Shown piece by piece: positions 8,695-18,372 of a DNA stretch of 64,000 nucleotides. The DNA is from Terriglobia bacterium (lineage in GTDB: Bacteria; Acidobacteriota; Terriglobia; 20CM-2-55-15): NCBI GenBank assembly GCA_965198225.1, contig CBDAOY010000004.1:384001-448000 (forward strand). The letters are read 5' to 3'. Under the pieces are notes generated by a model. It saw nothing but the letters and a program-made list of their open reading frames with translations, was not told the DNA's origin and did no database searches. Position 1 is the stretch's first letter. Every line of letters starts with the position of its first letter. Position numbers and translations under genes: made by a program.

Positions 8695-10446
8695 ATGAAC
8701 ACGAGCGAGACCCGACGGCGCTTCATGGCCCATTTTGCGCAAGCCGGCCTCGGCGCGACGCTTCTCCCCGGAGTCCTGTGGGGAAAGATGCAGGAGGCCG
8801 AAGAAGCCCGAATCAAGGCCGACATGCTGCGCGATGCGCTGGCGATGTCCGGAATGGAATTCAGCGAGGAACAACGGGAGGAGATGGTCGAAAGGGCCAA
8901 CAACGCTCTAGAAGACTACGAAGAGCTCCATGACTTCCACATCCCGAACGACATCTCGCCGCCGTTTCATTTCGATCCGATCGTGCCGGGCATGAAGGTG
9001 GACCGGACTGCGCGTCCGTTCCGGATCAGCGATCCGCCCAGCGTCGAGCGCCCCTCGAACCTCGAAGGCGTTGCGTTCTGGCCCGTCCGACACCTGGCCG
9101 AGCTCATCCGCTCGCGCCAGGTAACCTCCGTCGAGCTCGCGACGATGTACCTGGAGCGGTTGAAGAAGTACAACCCCGTCCTCAACTGCGTCGTGAGCTT
9201 CACCGACGACATGGCGATGAGCCAGGCCCGCCAGGCCGACTCCGAGATTGCGGCCGGCCGGTACAAGGGGCCCCTCCACGGCATCCCCTGGGGCGCCAAG
9301 GACATCATCGCCGCCAGGGGTTACCGCACGACATGGGGATCGGGCGCCTACCAGGAACAGGTCCTCGACTACGACGCCACCGTCATCGAGTTGCTCCGGG
9401 ACGCCGGCGCCGTCCTGATCGCCAAACTGACAACGGGCGAGTTTGCCGGTGGAGCCAACTGGTTCGGAGGCCGCACCAACAATCCATGGAATCCCGAACG
9501 GAGCTCCAGCGGGTCCTCGGCCGGTCCGGGTTCGGCAACTGGCGGCGGATGTGTCGGCTTTTCGCTCGGCACCGAAACCAGCGGGTCTATCCTGGGACCT
9601 TCTTCTGCGTGCGGCGTCACGGGATTGCGTCCCACGTTGGGACGGAGCAGCCGCTACGGTGTGATGGCGTTGTCGTGGACGCAGGACCGCATCGGTCCGA
9701 TGTGCCGATACGCCGAAGATTGCGCCCTCGTGATGGCTGCTATTGCCAAACAAGACGACCGCGACCTGAGCGTGCAGGACATCCCGTTCAACTGGGACGC
9801 CAACCTGGACATCACCCGCCTGCGCGTCGGGTATATTCCTGAAACCTTCGACGACATCGAGGACACTGCCGTTCGCGCCATCCACCAAGCCACGCTCGAT
9901 CAGCTCAAAGCCCTGGGCGTCGAGCCGATTGCCTTCGAGGTGCCTCGATTCCCGGTTACCGTCACGGCTCACAACGTCGAGATGGCTGCCTTCTTCGACG
10001 AGTTCGTCCGCTCGGACCGAGTGGATCAGATCACGAGGGAGACCCGTGCCGCCGGTTTCCGGGCCAGCCGGTTGATCCCGGCCGTCGAGTATCTCCAGTC
10101 GCAGCGCGCTCGAATGATGATGATGATGGACCTGGCCAAAGCCACGGAGGGTATTGACGTCTTCCTGATCCCACGCCGCCAGCGTCGGCCTACTCCCCCG
10201 GGTGGCGGTGGAGGTGGCGGAGGCGCTGCCGCCAATCAACAACCGCCGGGCCTGAGCGCTTCGACGCAGTGCAACTATGCGACGTACCCGGCCGTGGCGC
10301 TTCCGAACGGATTCGACGAGGAGGGCATGCCCACGAGCATGACGTTCTACGCTCGCCCGTTCGGCGAGTCCGAGCTGCTGGCCGTGGCGAAAGCGTACCA
10401 GGATGCCTCCGGCCACCACCTGAAACATCCCGAGATTACCCTGTGA
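8695..10446 (+). CDS. Amidase-signature family enzyme with Tat-like signal
   Basis: TRRRF leader; GAKD, SSGSSAG, GTETSGSI (Lys-Ser-Ser triad). Confidence 0.9.
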   Translation: MNTSETRRRFMAHFAQAGLGATLLPGVLWGKMQEAEEARIKADMLRDALAMSGMEFSEEQREEMVERANNALEDYEELHDFHIPNDISPPFHFDPIVPGMKVDRTARPFRISDPPSVERPSNLEGVAFWPVRHLAELIRSRQVTSVELATMYLERLKKYNPVLNCVVSFTDDMAMSQARQADSEIAAGRYKGPLHGIPWGAKDIIAARGYRTTWGSGAYQEQVLDYDATVIELLRDAGAVLIAKLTTGEFAGGANWFGGRTNNPWNPERSSSGSSAGPGSATGGGCVGFSLGTETSGSILGPSSACGVTGLRPTLGRSSRYGVMALSWTQDRIGPMCRYAEDCALVMAAIAKQDDRDLSVQDIPFNWDANLDITRLRVGYIPETFDDIEDTAVRAIHQATLDQLKALGVEPIAFEVPRFPVTVTAHNVEMAAFFDEFVRSDRVDQITRETRAAGFRASRLIPAVEYLQSQRARMMMMMDLAKATEGIDVFLIPRRQRRPTPPGGGGGGGGAAANQQPPGLSASTQCNYATYPAVALPNGFDEEGMPTSMTFYARPFGESELLAVAKAYQDASGHHLKHPEITL

Positions 10447-10477
10447 GACGGCGAAGCTGTCGCGAACCGAGAATCGT

Positions 10478-11005
10478 GATCACATCAGTTGGCTCTCCGA
10501 TGTCTACGGCCCGCGCCTGACCGGCTCGCCCGCCATCAAGCAGGCCAGCCAATGGGTTCAAGGGAAGTTCGAAGAGTGGGGACTCGCCAACATCCACGAA
10601 GAGGAATTCGAGTTCGGGAAAGGGCTCTCGGCCTACTTCAACATCGATAACGGCACTGGGAGAGCCCGCGGCTGGATGCAGAGCAACATGGCGGTACGGA
10701 ACGTTTTCGAGCAGTGGATCGCTCCACTCGCCGACCTTGGCGTGACGACGCTTGGCCCACGCTCGGTTGGCGGAACCGACCATACTTCGTTCGATGCGGT
10801 CGGCCTGCCCGGCTTCCAGTTCATGCAAGAGCGCCTGGAATACAACTCCCGAACCCACCACTCGAACATGGACGTCTACGATCGGATCCAACGCGAGGAC
10901 GTCGTGCAGCTGGCGACAGTGGCCGCAATCTTTGCCTACAACGCTGCCATGCGTGATGAGCTGATGCCCAGAAAGGCCTTACCGACGCCGCAGGAGGGAA
11001 ACTAA
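10478..11005 (+). pseudogene. M28-family peptidase remnant with no start and a large in-frame internal deletion
   Basis: N-terminal WLSDVYGPRLTGSP...FGKG is fused directly to C-terminal LSAYFNIDNGTG...GTDHTSFD...THHSNMD. Confidence 0.75.
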
Positions 11006-11179
11006 CCACGGAGCCGGCGACGGATTCTTCGAAGTAGAGAGTCGGGAATAGCGCCTGGCCGGCCCGGCGCCCGTGCATGCCACCGCCGGGCTGGCTGGAT
11101 TGCCTCGCAATCCTGCCCCCGAATTCCAGCCGTCGAGCTGGTTCACCATTGGTCGCGGAGCCGCTATTTCCCGGACCGA

Positions 11180-11222
11180 ACCCATCGGCGATGGTGCCGA
11201 TAGCACTGTTACAGGCCACTAG
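11180..11222. mobile_element. Solo end of the CTAG-flanked MITE family
   Basis: ACCCATCGGCGATGGTGCCGATAGCACTGTTACAGGCCACTAG matches the end of the 33762-34036 copy. Confidence 0.75.
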
Positions 11223-11330
11223 TAGCGGTGAAGTCTGAAGGAACGGGCTCGCGGTGCCGTAGATACACCCGCTTGGGACCTGGTAAATAAAACACAATCA
11301 ACAGGTCCTTGCTCGATCGGAGGTGCAGCT

Positions 11331-11711
11331 GTGAGTGACATACCCTTCTGGCTCTCGGTTCTGTTTCTCGTATTCCTCGTTATCTTGTTCGGAGAATTGA
11401 TTGCGTGGCTTATTTACACCTTTTTTCTCACTGCCTGCCGGCTACGAAAAAGCCTGGTGCGCAGGGACAAGTGCGGGGGGACATGCATAACTCCTGGTCA
11501 AGTCTGCGTTGCGACCGCGACTAGACCCTACGGCCCGTGGGGGCTATTCGGCCTGCAGGACTCAGCGTGTGCCTGTGGGGCTCCTGGAACAGGCGTGGTA
11601 GGAGGAACCGGTGCTCCGCTGATAGGTGCTCCCGGGGGCGGCCTTGGACCCGTCGCGCCCCCACCTCCTCCGGGTCCCGGAAGAGGCGACCCGGAATCTT
11701 TAGGTCATTGA
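11331..11711 (+). CDS. Hypothetical membrane-anchored Cys-rich, Gly/Pro-rich protein
   Basis: GGAGG RBS, hydrophobic N-terminus, six Cys, poly-Pro tail. Confidence 0.55.
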   Translation: MSDIPFWLSVLFLVFLVILFGELIAWLIYTFFLTACRLRKSLVRRDKCGGTCITPGQVCVATATRPYGPWGLFGLQDSACACGAPGTGVVGGTGAPLIGAPGGGLGPVAPPPPPGPGRGDPESLGH

Positions 11712-12099
11712 CCTTACCTGGCGCGGCCTGAACCTACAGGAGCCTTGCGCGGATCAAAGAACCCGCCGCACTCTGAAATATGGGCGCGGAGCCCCTGTTC
11801 CCCCTAGCTGTGACAGTGAGTTGCGTCCAATCATACCGTCGGGCTCCTCGACGACTCCGTCCGTCCCGAAGTGGCCACTCTTCTCTCATCGATCATCTAA
11901 TGAGAAGACGTACAGATTTTCAATAAAGTTCCATCTCAATGGCGAGAATAACGATGTACGGTAATCGATCTTGAAGCTGCCGGCGTTGAGTTGCTGGATC
12001 TGCTGACGGGTATGAGTAACTTGTCGGTCGTCCGTCAGTATTCATCTGAGTTGGGGGGGGGGGACGGGGTGGTTTAACCCCGGGGAACGGAGGTTTGGA

Positions 12100-14496
12100 A
12101 TGTTCGCAAAGGAAGTCCGCTACGCCGTCCGTGTGCTTCGGGCGAAGCCCACATTTTCGGTCCTCGCGATCGCGATGCTGGCGCTGGGGATCGGGGCCTC
12201 GACGGCGATCTTTACGGTTGTCAACAGCGTCCTGGTCCGCTCCCTGCCGTACGAGGAGCCTGACCGGATCGTGCAGCTCTGGGAGGTGTCGCAAGAGGGC
12301 AACCGGATGGCGGTCCCGGAGGCAAATTTCGTCGATTGGAAGGCCGAGGCCGACAGTTTTGAGTTGATGGCGATGTACGGTGTCGGCGAGACGACCGTCC
12401 TGGGTGGTCTCGAGCCTTTTCGAACTCGTGTCGCGACGGTTTCGGAGGGGTTCTTCGAGGTCATCGGCGTGCGGCCGGTCGTGGGTTCGGGTTTCCTTTC
12501 CGAGCACCAGCGTTCCGGCGCCAGCCCGGTCGCAGTCGTCAGCCGACGGTTCTGGCGGGACGTCCTCGGCTCCCCGGAGGGTCTCGACAGCGTTCGCCTG
12601 AGCTTTTCAAACCGCATCCATCCCGTCGTAGGCGTTCTGCCTGAGCGAGCTGATTTTCCCGTCGACACCGACGTCTGGACCAATCAGGAAGGGGTGGGTG
12701 CCGCGCTCAATCCCAGCCGAAGCGCCCACAACTGGAGGGCGATCGGTCGGCTGGCAGCCGGTGCGACTCCCGCTCGGGCGACGCGACAACTGGAAACGAT
12801 CGCCGCGCGCATCCACGGCGAATACTCCGACGTCACGGCGGTCGGGGCTGTGGCCGTCGGGCTTCAGGAGCAGTTGACCGGCGGGGTTCGAACGCCGTTG
12901 CTCGTCCTGATGGCGGCGGTGGGGATCCTGCTGCTGATAGCGTGCATGAACGTGACGAGCTTGTTGCTGGCGCACATGGAGGCGCGGTCCAGGGAGTTTG
13001 CAGTCCGCACGGCGCTGGGAGCGACCCCGCTGCAGTTGGCGCGCGGGTCCCTGGCTGAAACGGTGATCCTGGCCGCGGTCGGTGGGGTACTTGGAGTGAT
13101 CCTGGCGCGTTGGGGGGTGGCGACGATGCTGGCAACCGTCGGGGGGGACCTGCCTCGGGCCGCCGAAATCGGACCGGACTGGAGGGTCTACACGTTCGCT
13201 TTGCTCCTGGCGTTGGGGATCTCTGTTCTGGTCGGTCTGCTTCCGGCAGTGCGCTTCTGGACCGGCAACCTCGTGGACGCGCTGAAAGCAGGAGGCCGGG
13301 GCCAGGCTGGAGCGCACAGCCGGGCGCGGAGCGTTCTGGTGACGGCTCAAGTTGCGATGACAGTCGTCTTGCTGGTCGGCGGAAGCCTTCTGGCTCGAAG
13401 TCTCGTCGAGATGCTCGAGGTCGACCTCGGGTTTCAAACACGGAATCGTCTTGCGGTCGAACTGGTCCAGCAGTTCCCGCAGGGCGAAGAAGCCACGAAC
13501 CGGCTCGGCGCGTTCCAGCAGGCCTTCGAGGAAAGGGTGGGTGCGCTGCCCGGCGTTGTGAACGTCGGTGGCATCGATGCGTCGCCCCTCTCCCGGCGGG
13601 GCAGCAACGGACGCTTCAAGATCGACGGCGCGGGCGACAGCGGCGATTACTGGCCCGACTACCGCGTTGCCAGCCCCGGCTACTTCCGGGCGCTGGGAAT
13701 CCCGCTGCTCCGCGGACGACTCTTCGATGAGACCGATGGCGCGGGGGCCCCCGGCGTTGCGGTGATCAGTGAGTCTGTCGCCAACATCGTCTGGCCGGGC
13801 GAAGACCCTATCGGCCGGCGGATCGACCGCAGCAACATGGACGGCGTGGACCAGCTGATGACGATCGTGGGCATCGTGGGGGACGCGCGGCATTACGGGC
13901 CCGACAGCGAGCTGCGGGGAGAGACCTATTTCAACTACCTCCAGCGTGCGCGGAGGACCGCCAGGTTCACCTGGATCATCGAAACCGCCGGCGACCCGGC
14001 CGCGATCGGGACTCCGGTCATGGCCCTGGTCAAGGAACTCAACCCGGAGCTGCCGATCCGCCTGCAGACAATGGACTCGATGCTGTCTCTGATACTTTCG
14101 AGCCGGTTGTTCAACCTGTCTCTGCTGGGCGTGTTTGCGGCGGTGGCGTTGACGCTGGCCGTGATGGGCGTCTACGGCCTGATTGCCTACACGGTGGCTC
14201 ACCGTAGTATGGAGATCGGGGTGCGGACAGCCCTCGGGGCGCGTCCGGGCCAGGTCGTTGGGCTGTTTGTCAGGGAGAGCGCTCTCCTGATCGGCCTGGG
14301 TGTCGTCGTCGGGGTGTTGGGGGCATTTGCGACAACTCGGGTACTGGAGAGCCTGTTGTTCGGAGTGGAACCGACCGACCCGGCCGCCTTCGGGATTGGC
14401 GTCGTCGCCCTCGTCGTGCCCGCCCTGCTGGCGGGTTACGTCTCGGCTCGCCGTGCGGCCAATGTCGACCCGCTGAATGCAATTCAGTCCGAGTGA
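12100..14496 (+). CDS. ADOP-family duplicated MacB/FtsX-type ABC permease
   Basis: LALGIGASTAIF, two MacB-PCD/FtsX halves, EFAVRTALGA, EIGVRTALGA, RRAANVDP. Confidence 0.92.
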   Translation: MFAKEVRYAVRVLRAKPTFSVLAIAMLALGIGASTAIFTVVNSVLVRSLPYEEPDRIVQLWEVSQEGNRMAVPEANFVDWKAEADSFELMAMYGVGETTVLGGLEPFRTRVATVSEGFFEVIGVRPVVGSGFLSEHQRSGASPVAVVSRRFWRDVLGSPEGLDSVRLSFSNRIHPVVGVLPERADFPVDTDVWTNQEGVGAALNPSRSAHNWRAIGRLAAGATPARATRQLETIAARIHGEYSDVTAVGAVAVGLQEQLTGGVRTPLLVLMAAVGILLLIACMNVTSLLLAHMEARSREFAVRTALGATPLQLARGSLAETVILAAVGGVLGVILARWGVATMLATVGGDLPRAAEIGPDWRVYTFALLLALGISVLVGLLPAVRFWTGNLVDALKAGGRGQAGAHSRARSVLVTAQVAMTVVLLVGGSLLARSLVEMLEVDLGFQTRNRLAVELVQQFPQGEEATNRLGAFQQAFEERVGALPGVVNVGGIDASPLSRRGSNGRFKIDGAGDSGDYWPDYRVASPGYFRALGIPLLRGRLFDETDGAGAPGVAVISESVANIVWPGEDPIGRRIDRSNMDGVDQLMTIVGIVGDARHYGPDSELRGETYFNYLQRARRTARFTWIIETAGDPAAIGTPVMALVKELNPELPIRLQTMDSMLSLILSSRLFNLSLLGVFAAVALTLAVMGVYGLIAYTVAHRSMEIGVRTALGARPGQVVGLFVRESALLIGLGVVVGVLGAFATTRVLESLLFGVEPTDPAAFGIGVVALVVPALLAGYVSARRAANVDPLNAIQSE

Positions 14497-14497
14497 C

Positions 14498-14567
14498 GTG
14501 TAGGTGCGGTCTGTGACCGCACATTCTTCGAGCCGAAACCTTGTGCGCTCACAGAGCGCACCTACAC
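14498..14567. repeat. REP doublet
   Basis: GTAG-hairpin A, linker, inverted hairpin B-CTAC, between convergent genes. Confidence 0.9.
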
Positions 14568-14586
14568 TCGATCCCAGGTTTCGGCG

Positions 14587-15471
14587 TCAGTTCCGCCCAC
14601 CGCCTGCGACCGGGTAGCCTGGCTGCCGCCGCCAGTCCTCCCATGAACCCACGTAGACCCGGGCCGGAACACCGACGTACCGGGCGGCAAAGTACATGAG
14701 GCTGGCGCGCATGCCGACGGCGCAGTAGGTGACTGCCTGCTGTCCCGGTGCCAGGCCGGCGTTGCGGAGTAGGGCGTGTATCTCCTCCCTGGACTTGAAC
14801 CTCATCTCGTCGAAGTTGGCATACAGGTCCTGCCACAGAACGAGCTGCGAACCGGGCAGGTAACCCCGATTACGTTCTCTTTGGGTTCGGACATCGAGGA
14901 CGTGAGTATCCGGATCTTCCAGACGGTCCCTGACCCAGGGGGCGGCGACGATCACGTCGGGCGCGGGTCGTGGCGTCAGGCGTCCGGGCTTGATCCCGGC
15001 CGTGTCGGTTGAAACCGACCGACCTTCACTCCGCCAGGCCCGAATGTTTCCACTCAGCATCGATACATGGGCCCCGTGCCCGATGGACGCGAACGCCATG
15101 TACAGCCAGCCGACCTCCATCCCGTTCTCGCCATAGATGACGATGCGTGCCTCATCCCGGGCGCCGGCCCTGCCCAACACACCCGCCAGGGCTTCGGGTT
15201 CGAGTAAACCGTGCCCGCCACCGATCGTCGCCATATGGGGAACGAAAGCCGCTCCCGGAATGTGCCCGCGGTCAAAGTCGGGTCGCGAGCCGGTGGCCAC
15301 CACGACCACGTCAGGGTCATCGAGGTGCTGCCCCAGCCAGGCTGTTGTCACAATCAGGTCGGCCCTCGACGCCTCTTGAGCCCTTTGCGTTGCCTCGCTT
15401 TCCGTGATCAGGAACAGGATCGCGACGATCTCGAGCCCGACCCAGAGCAGGAGTCCGGTCCTCAGATTCAT
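14587..15471 (-). CDS. Tandem-rhodanese sulfurtransferase with signal/TM N-terminus
   Basis: GHIPGA, LDVR, YCAVGMRA active loop, YVGSWEDW. Confidence 0.88.
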   Translation of the reverse strand: MNLRTGLLLWVGLEIVAILFLITESEATQRAQEASRADLIVTTAWLGQHLDDPDVVVVATGSRPDFDRGHIPGAAFVPHMATIGGGHGLLEPEALAGVLGRAGARDEARIVIYGENGMEVGWLYMAFASIGHGAHVSMLSGNIRAWRSEGRSVSTDTAGIKPGRLTPRPAPDVIVAAPWVRDRLEDPDTHVLDVRTQRERNRGYLPGSQLVLWQDLYANFDEMRFKSREEIHALLRNAGLAPGQQAVTYCAVGMRASLMYFAARYVGVPARVYVGSWEDWRRQPGYPVAGGGRN

Positions 15472-15540
15472 GTGTTCCAACCTCCGTCAGCCATCAGCGC
15501 AGCCGGCCCCAGACCGTTGCCACTACCCCGGGGCTTCTTT

Positions 15541-15586
15541 TGTAGATATTCGACAAGAATAGGTAGTTTCGTGTCGATTGTCTACA
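15541..15586. promoter_or_regulatory. Paired palindromic operator-like boxes
   Basis: TAGATATTCGA (15543-15553) and TCGATTGTCTA (15574-15584), within a 16-bp inverted repeat. Confidence 0.45.
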
Positions 15587-15612
15587 AGAAACGCATGGAG
15601 GATGGCCTGTCG

Positions 15613-15681
15613 GTGTAGGTGCTCTCTATGGGCGCACGTGTTTCGGTTCGAAGAGTGTGCGGTCATAGACCGCACCTACAC
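15613..15681. repeat. REP doublet (opposite orientation)
   Basis: GTGTAGGTGC...GTGCGGTCATAGACCGCACCTACAC. Confidence 0.9.
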
Positions 15682-15842
15682 CTCCGTTTGGACGCGGGCG
15701 CCTCCAAAATCCTTGAGGCGCGTATGATAGCTCCAACGGCTCAAACCTGTTGATTGCGGCAGTAGGGCACTCTCACGCACGACGGGATGTGCCGAGTGGC
15801 GGCCGAGTCGACCAATTTTTGCGGACTTTGAAGGGAAGTACC

Positions 15843-16403
15843 ATGAATCGTGAAGAGTTGATGGAGCTGGAGAAGCGTTACATCGAGCTCGGACGGGAGC
15901 TTACGGAAGCTCGCCGCTCGGTGGAACCGGAGACGGTTTCGGATTACGAGCTGCGGACCCTCGAGGGTCCGGTTTCGCTTTCGGGCCTGTTCGGAGAACA
16001 GGACCATCTGATCGTTGTACACAACATGGGCAAGGGATGTCCCTACTGCACACTCTGGGCGGATGGGTTTACCGGGCTGCACGATCACCTTCTCAGTCGT
16101 GCCGCGTTTGTCGTTTCTTCTCCGGACAGCCCCGAAGTCCAGCGAGAGTTCGCCGAGTCCAGGGGATGGCCCTTTCGGATGGTCAGTACGCAGGGGAGCG
16201 AGTTTGCCGGCGACATGGGATACCAGACCGAACAAGGCGGTCCCTTGCCCGGAGTCAGCGTGTTCCACCGGAACGAAGATGGAAGTGCCGTTCGCACCGG
16301 ACACGGACCGTTCGGTCCGGGAGATCAGTTTTGTCCGGTGTGGCACTTCTTCGATCTACTCGGCAACAAGTCCGGCGATTGGGCACCTGAATACTCCTAC
16401 TGA
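15843..16403 (+). CDS. DUF899-family thioredoxin-like protein
   Basis: VSLSGLFG..DHLIVVHNMGKGCPYCTLWADG, RGWPF, W.FFDLL. Confidence 0.8.
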   Translation: MNREELMELEKRYIELGRELTEARRSVEPETVSDYELRTLEGPVSLSGLFGEQDHLIVVHNMGKGCPYCTLWADGFTGLHDHLLSRAAFVVSSPDSPEVQREFAESRGWPFRMVSTQGSEFAGDMGYQTEQGGPLPGVSVFHRNEDGSAVRTGHGPFGPGDQFCPVWHFFDLLGNKSGDWAPEYSY

Positions 16404-16414
16404 GCGAAAACCCA

Positions 16415-17272
16415 TCAAGCCAGAATCGAGGGCAGATAGGGGGCCGTGGGCTCGTTGTACATTCCGAGGCTCATGTAGGTCATCTGTTGGACCACCCGGA
16501 GGCCGTGACCCAGGCACCAGCGGAACAATTCTCCGTTGCTGGTTGGCAACAGAAAACCGGGGCCGAAGAATTCCGGCGCCGCACCGATCAGCGCCTTCAA
16601 CGCTTCGTTGCTCTCCCCGACCGCATGACCTGTGAACCCGACGTCAGTGGCGTAGCCTGACACGCGTCCCCCGTGCTCGACGACCCTGGCGGTTCCGTGG
16701 GTGATCGCGTCGGCGACCTCGCCACTTCGATCGTTTCCGTGAACGCGACGACAGAGTTCATCACACGCGGCCAGGTGCTCGTCCGCTGCAGGCCGGACCT
16801 CGTAGCCGGGAATCCGCACATCGAGCGCCGGCCCTTGCATGTTGGACAACATCTCGCGCGCCTCGAACCCGAGCTTCGAATACAGGCACAGAGAACGGTT
16901 GTGGTACGCAGCCTGGACCAGCCGGACTCCCGGGCGGCCGCGCTCGGCCACGCGATCTAATGCTTGCCGCATCAACTGCCTGCCGATGGTGCTGTCCTGG
17001 ACTCCGGGGTCGACCGTGATCGGGCCGAGGCCGGCAATGCTCGAACGCTCGTCGAGGAAGTTACTCCCGACGATCCGGCCGTCGGTCTCGGCGACGACTC
17101 CGTAGAAACCAGGGTGCGACAGGAATTGCGACACAAACCCCGTCGCCATTTCGGCGTTGGGCAAGTCGCACGGAAAGTTATGCGCGTCGGCGAGGGTCTT
17201 GAACGCGTCGTAGCAGATCTGCCCGCACTGCTCGGCGTCGGCCGTGGTTGCCGGCCGCAGGGTCAGGTTCAT
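16415..17272 (-). CDS. GNAT-family N-acetyltransferase
   Basis: GPITVDPGVQDSTIGRQLM and LYSKLGF; GGAGG RBS before MNLTLR. Confidence 0.85.
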   Translation of the reverse strand: MNLTLRPATTADAEQCGQICYDAFKTLADAHNFPCDLPNAEMATGFVSQFLSHPGFYGVVAETDGRIVGSNFLDERSSIAGLGPITVDPGVQDSTIGRQLMRQALDRVAERGRPGVRLVQAAYHNRSLCLYSKLGFEAREMLSNMQGPALDVRIPGYEVRPAADEHLAACDELCRRVHGNDRSGEVADAITHGTARVVEHGGRVSGYATDVGFTGHAVGESNEALKALIGAAPEFFGPGFLLPTSNGELFRWCLGHGLRVVQQMTYMSLGMYNEPTAPYLPSILA

Positions 17273-17547
17273 GGTGGCCTCCGTCTGGTTCCGAGTAAGC
17301 CAATGGTAGTCCGCACTCGAGAGACGTTCCAATAAATTCACGGTTACGCTGAGAGTGGATCGGATGACTTGTGGAACACGTCCCAACATGGCATTCGTTG
17401 CCACAATCATTCGAATGACGGGATGTGTCCGACTATACTTCAGCGTTGTCTGCACTTGGCTGCTGCATCCCTCCGCTCGTGCGGCTGTAGCGACCACTGT
17501 ATATTGGCCCACTTCAGGAATCTGCTTCACATTTCAGAGGAGAAGCG

Positions 17548-18372
17548 ATGAGAGTTTCCCTAGCTCTGTTGATCTTTGCGGTGACGGCTTGCGGTAGGGT
17601 TGAAGCCCAGGAAGTTCCCTTGTACCAGATCCGGCAGGCCAAAACCGACACCGGGCTCGAGGTCGGTTCCTTTGCGATCTCCCTGGCCGATGGGTCCCGG
17701 ATTTACGGCGTGGCCGGCGACAAGCTTTACGTGTCGCGGGACGCGGGGGCGGAGTGGTCGCCTCTGACGACGCCCGAATTCGTTGTCGAGATCAGCGCGC
17801 TGGCGGCTTCGGACCGGAACGCGGATGTGGTCTGGACGGCCCGGTCGAACCTGCTCTGGCGGAGCGCTGACGGGGGGGCGTCCTGGCGGCAGCTCTCGAG
17901 CCCCAGTGTCTGGAGCGTCAGCAAGATCGAATCGACTCCGGCCGGCGGTCTTTTTGTCGCGACGACGGGCAACGGCGTCTTTTTCTCCGACAGCGGTGGG
18001 GATTTCTGGCAGTCGCGGAGCCTGGGGCTTCCGGCCGGCGTCGGTGCCGCGCCCATCATCGAGATCGAAGACCTCCTCGTCAGTCCGACGGACTCCGGCA
18101 CCGTGTTCGTCGTGACACGTTTCCTCGGCGTCTTCAAGAGTAGGGACGGGGGACGAAGCTGGCAGGCCCGGAACAACGGCCTACCCGTGCCACTTCTGTC
18201 GCCGACCCGCGAAAAAGGCCGCCTCACCGTCAGTCCATCATCTCCGGACGACCTGTACCTGTCGCTCACCGTGCCGATTCACAGCCACAAGTCGGAGCAT
18301 TCCGTATTCAAGAGCTCCGATGGAGGCGATAGCTGGGAGTTGGTTGAAACCCGGGAGAGCGGCGAACGATGA
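17548..18372 (+). CDS. Exported BNR/Asp-box repeat beta-propeller protein
   Basis: Repeated SxDxGxxW motifs; signal peptide with possible lipobox VTAC. Confidence 0.8.
   Translation: MRVSLALLIFAVTACGRVEAQEVPLYQIRQAKTDTGLEVGSFAISLADGSRIYGVAGDKLYVSRDAGAEWSPLTTPEFVVEISALAASDRNADVVWTARSNLLWRSADGGASWRQLSSPSVWSVSKIESTPAGGLFVATTGNGVFFSDSGGDFWQSRSLGLPAGVGAAPIIEIEDLLVSPTDSGTVFVVTRFLGVFKSRDGGRSWQARNNGLPVPLLSPTREKGRLTVSPSSPDDLYLSLTVPIHSHKSEHSVFKSSDGGDSWELVETRESGER

Noticed and set aside
10195-10235. Gly/Pro repeat in the amidase as a contingency locus
   Set aside because: Mixed codons in frame indicate an ordinary low-complexity loop.
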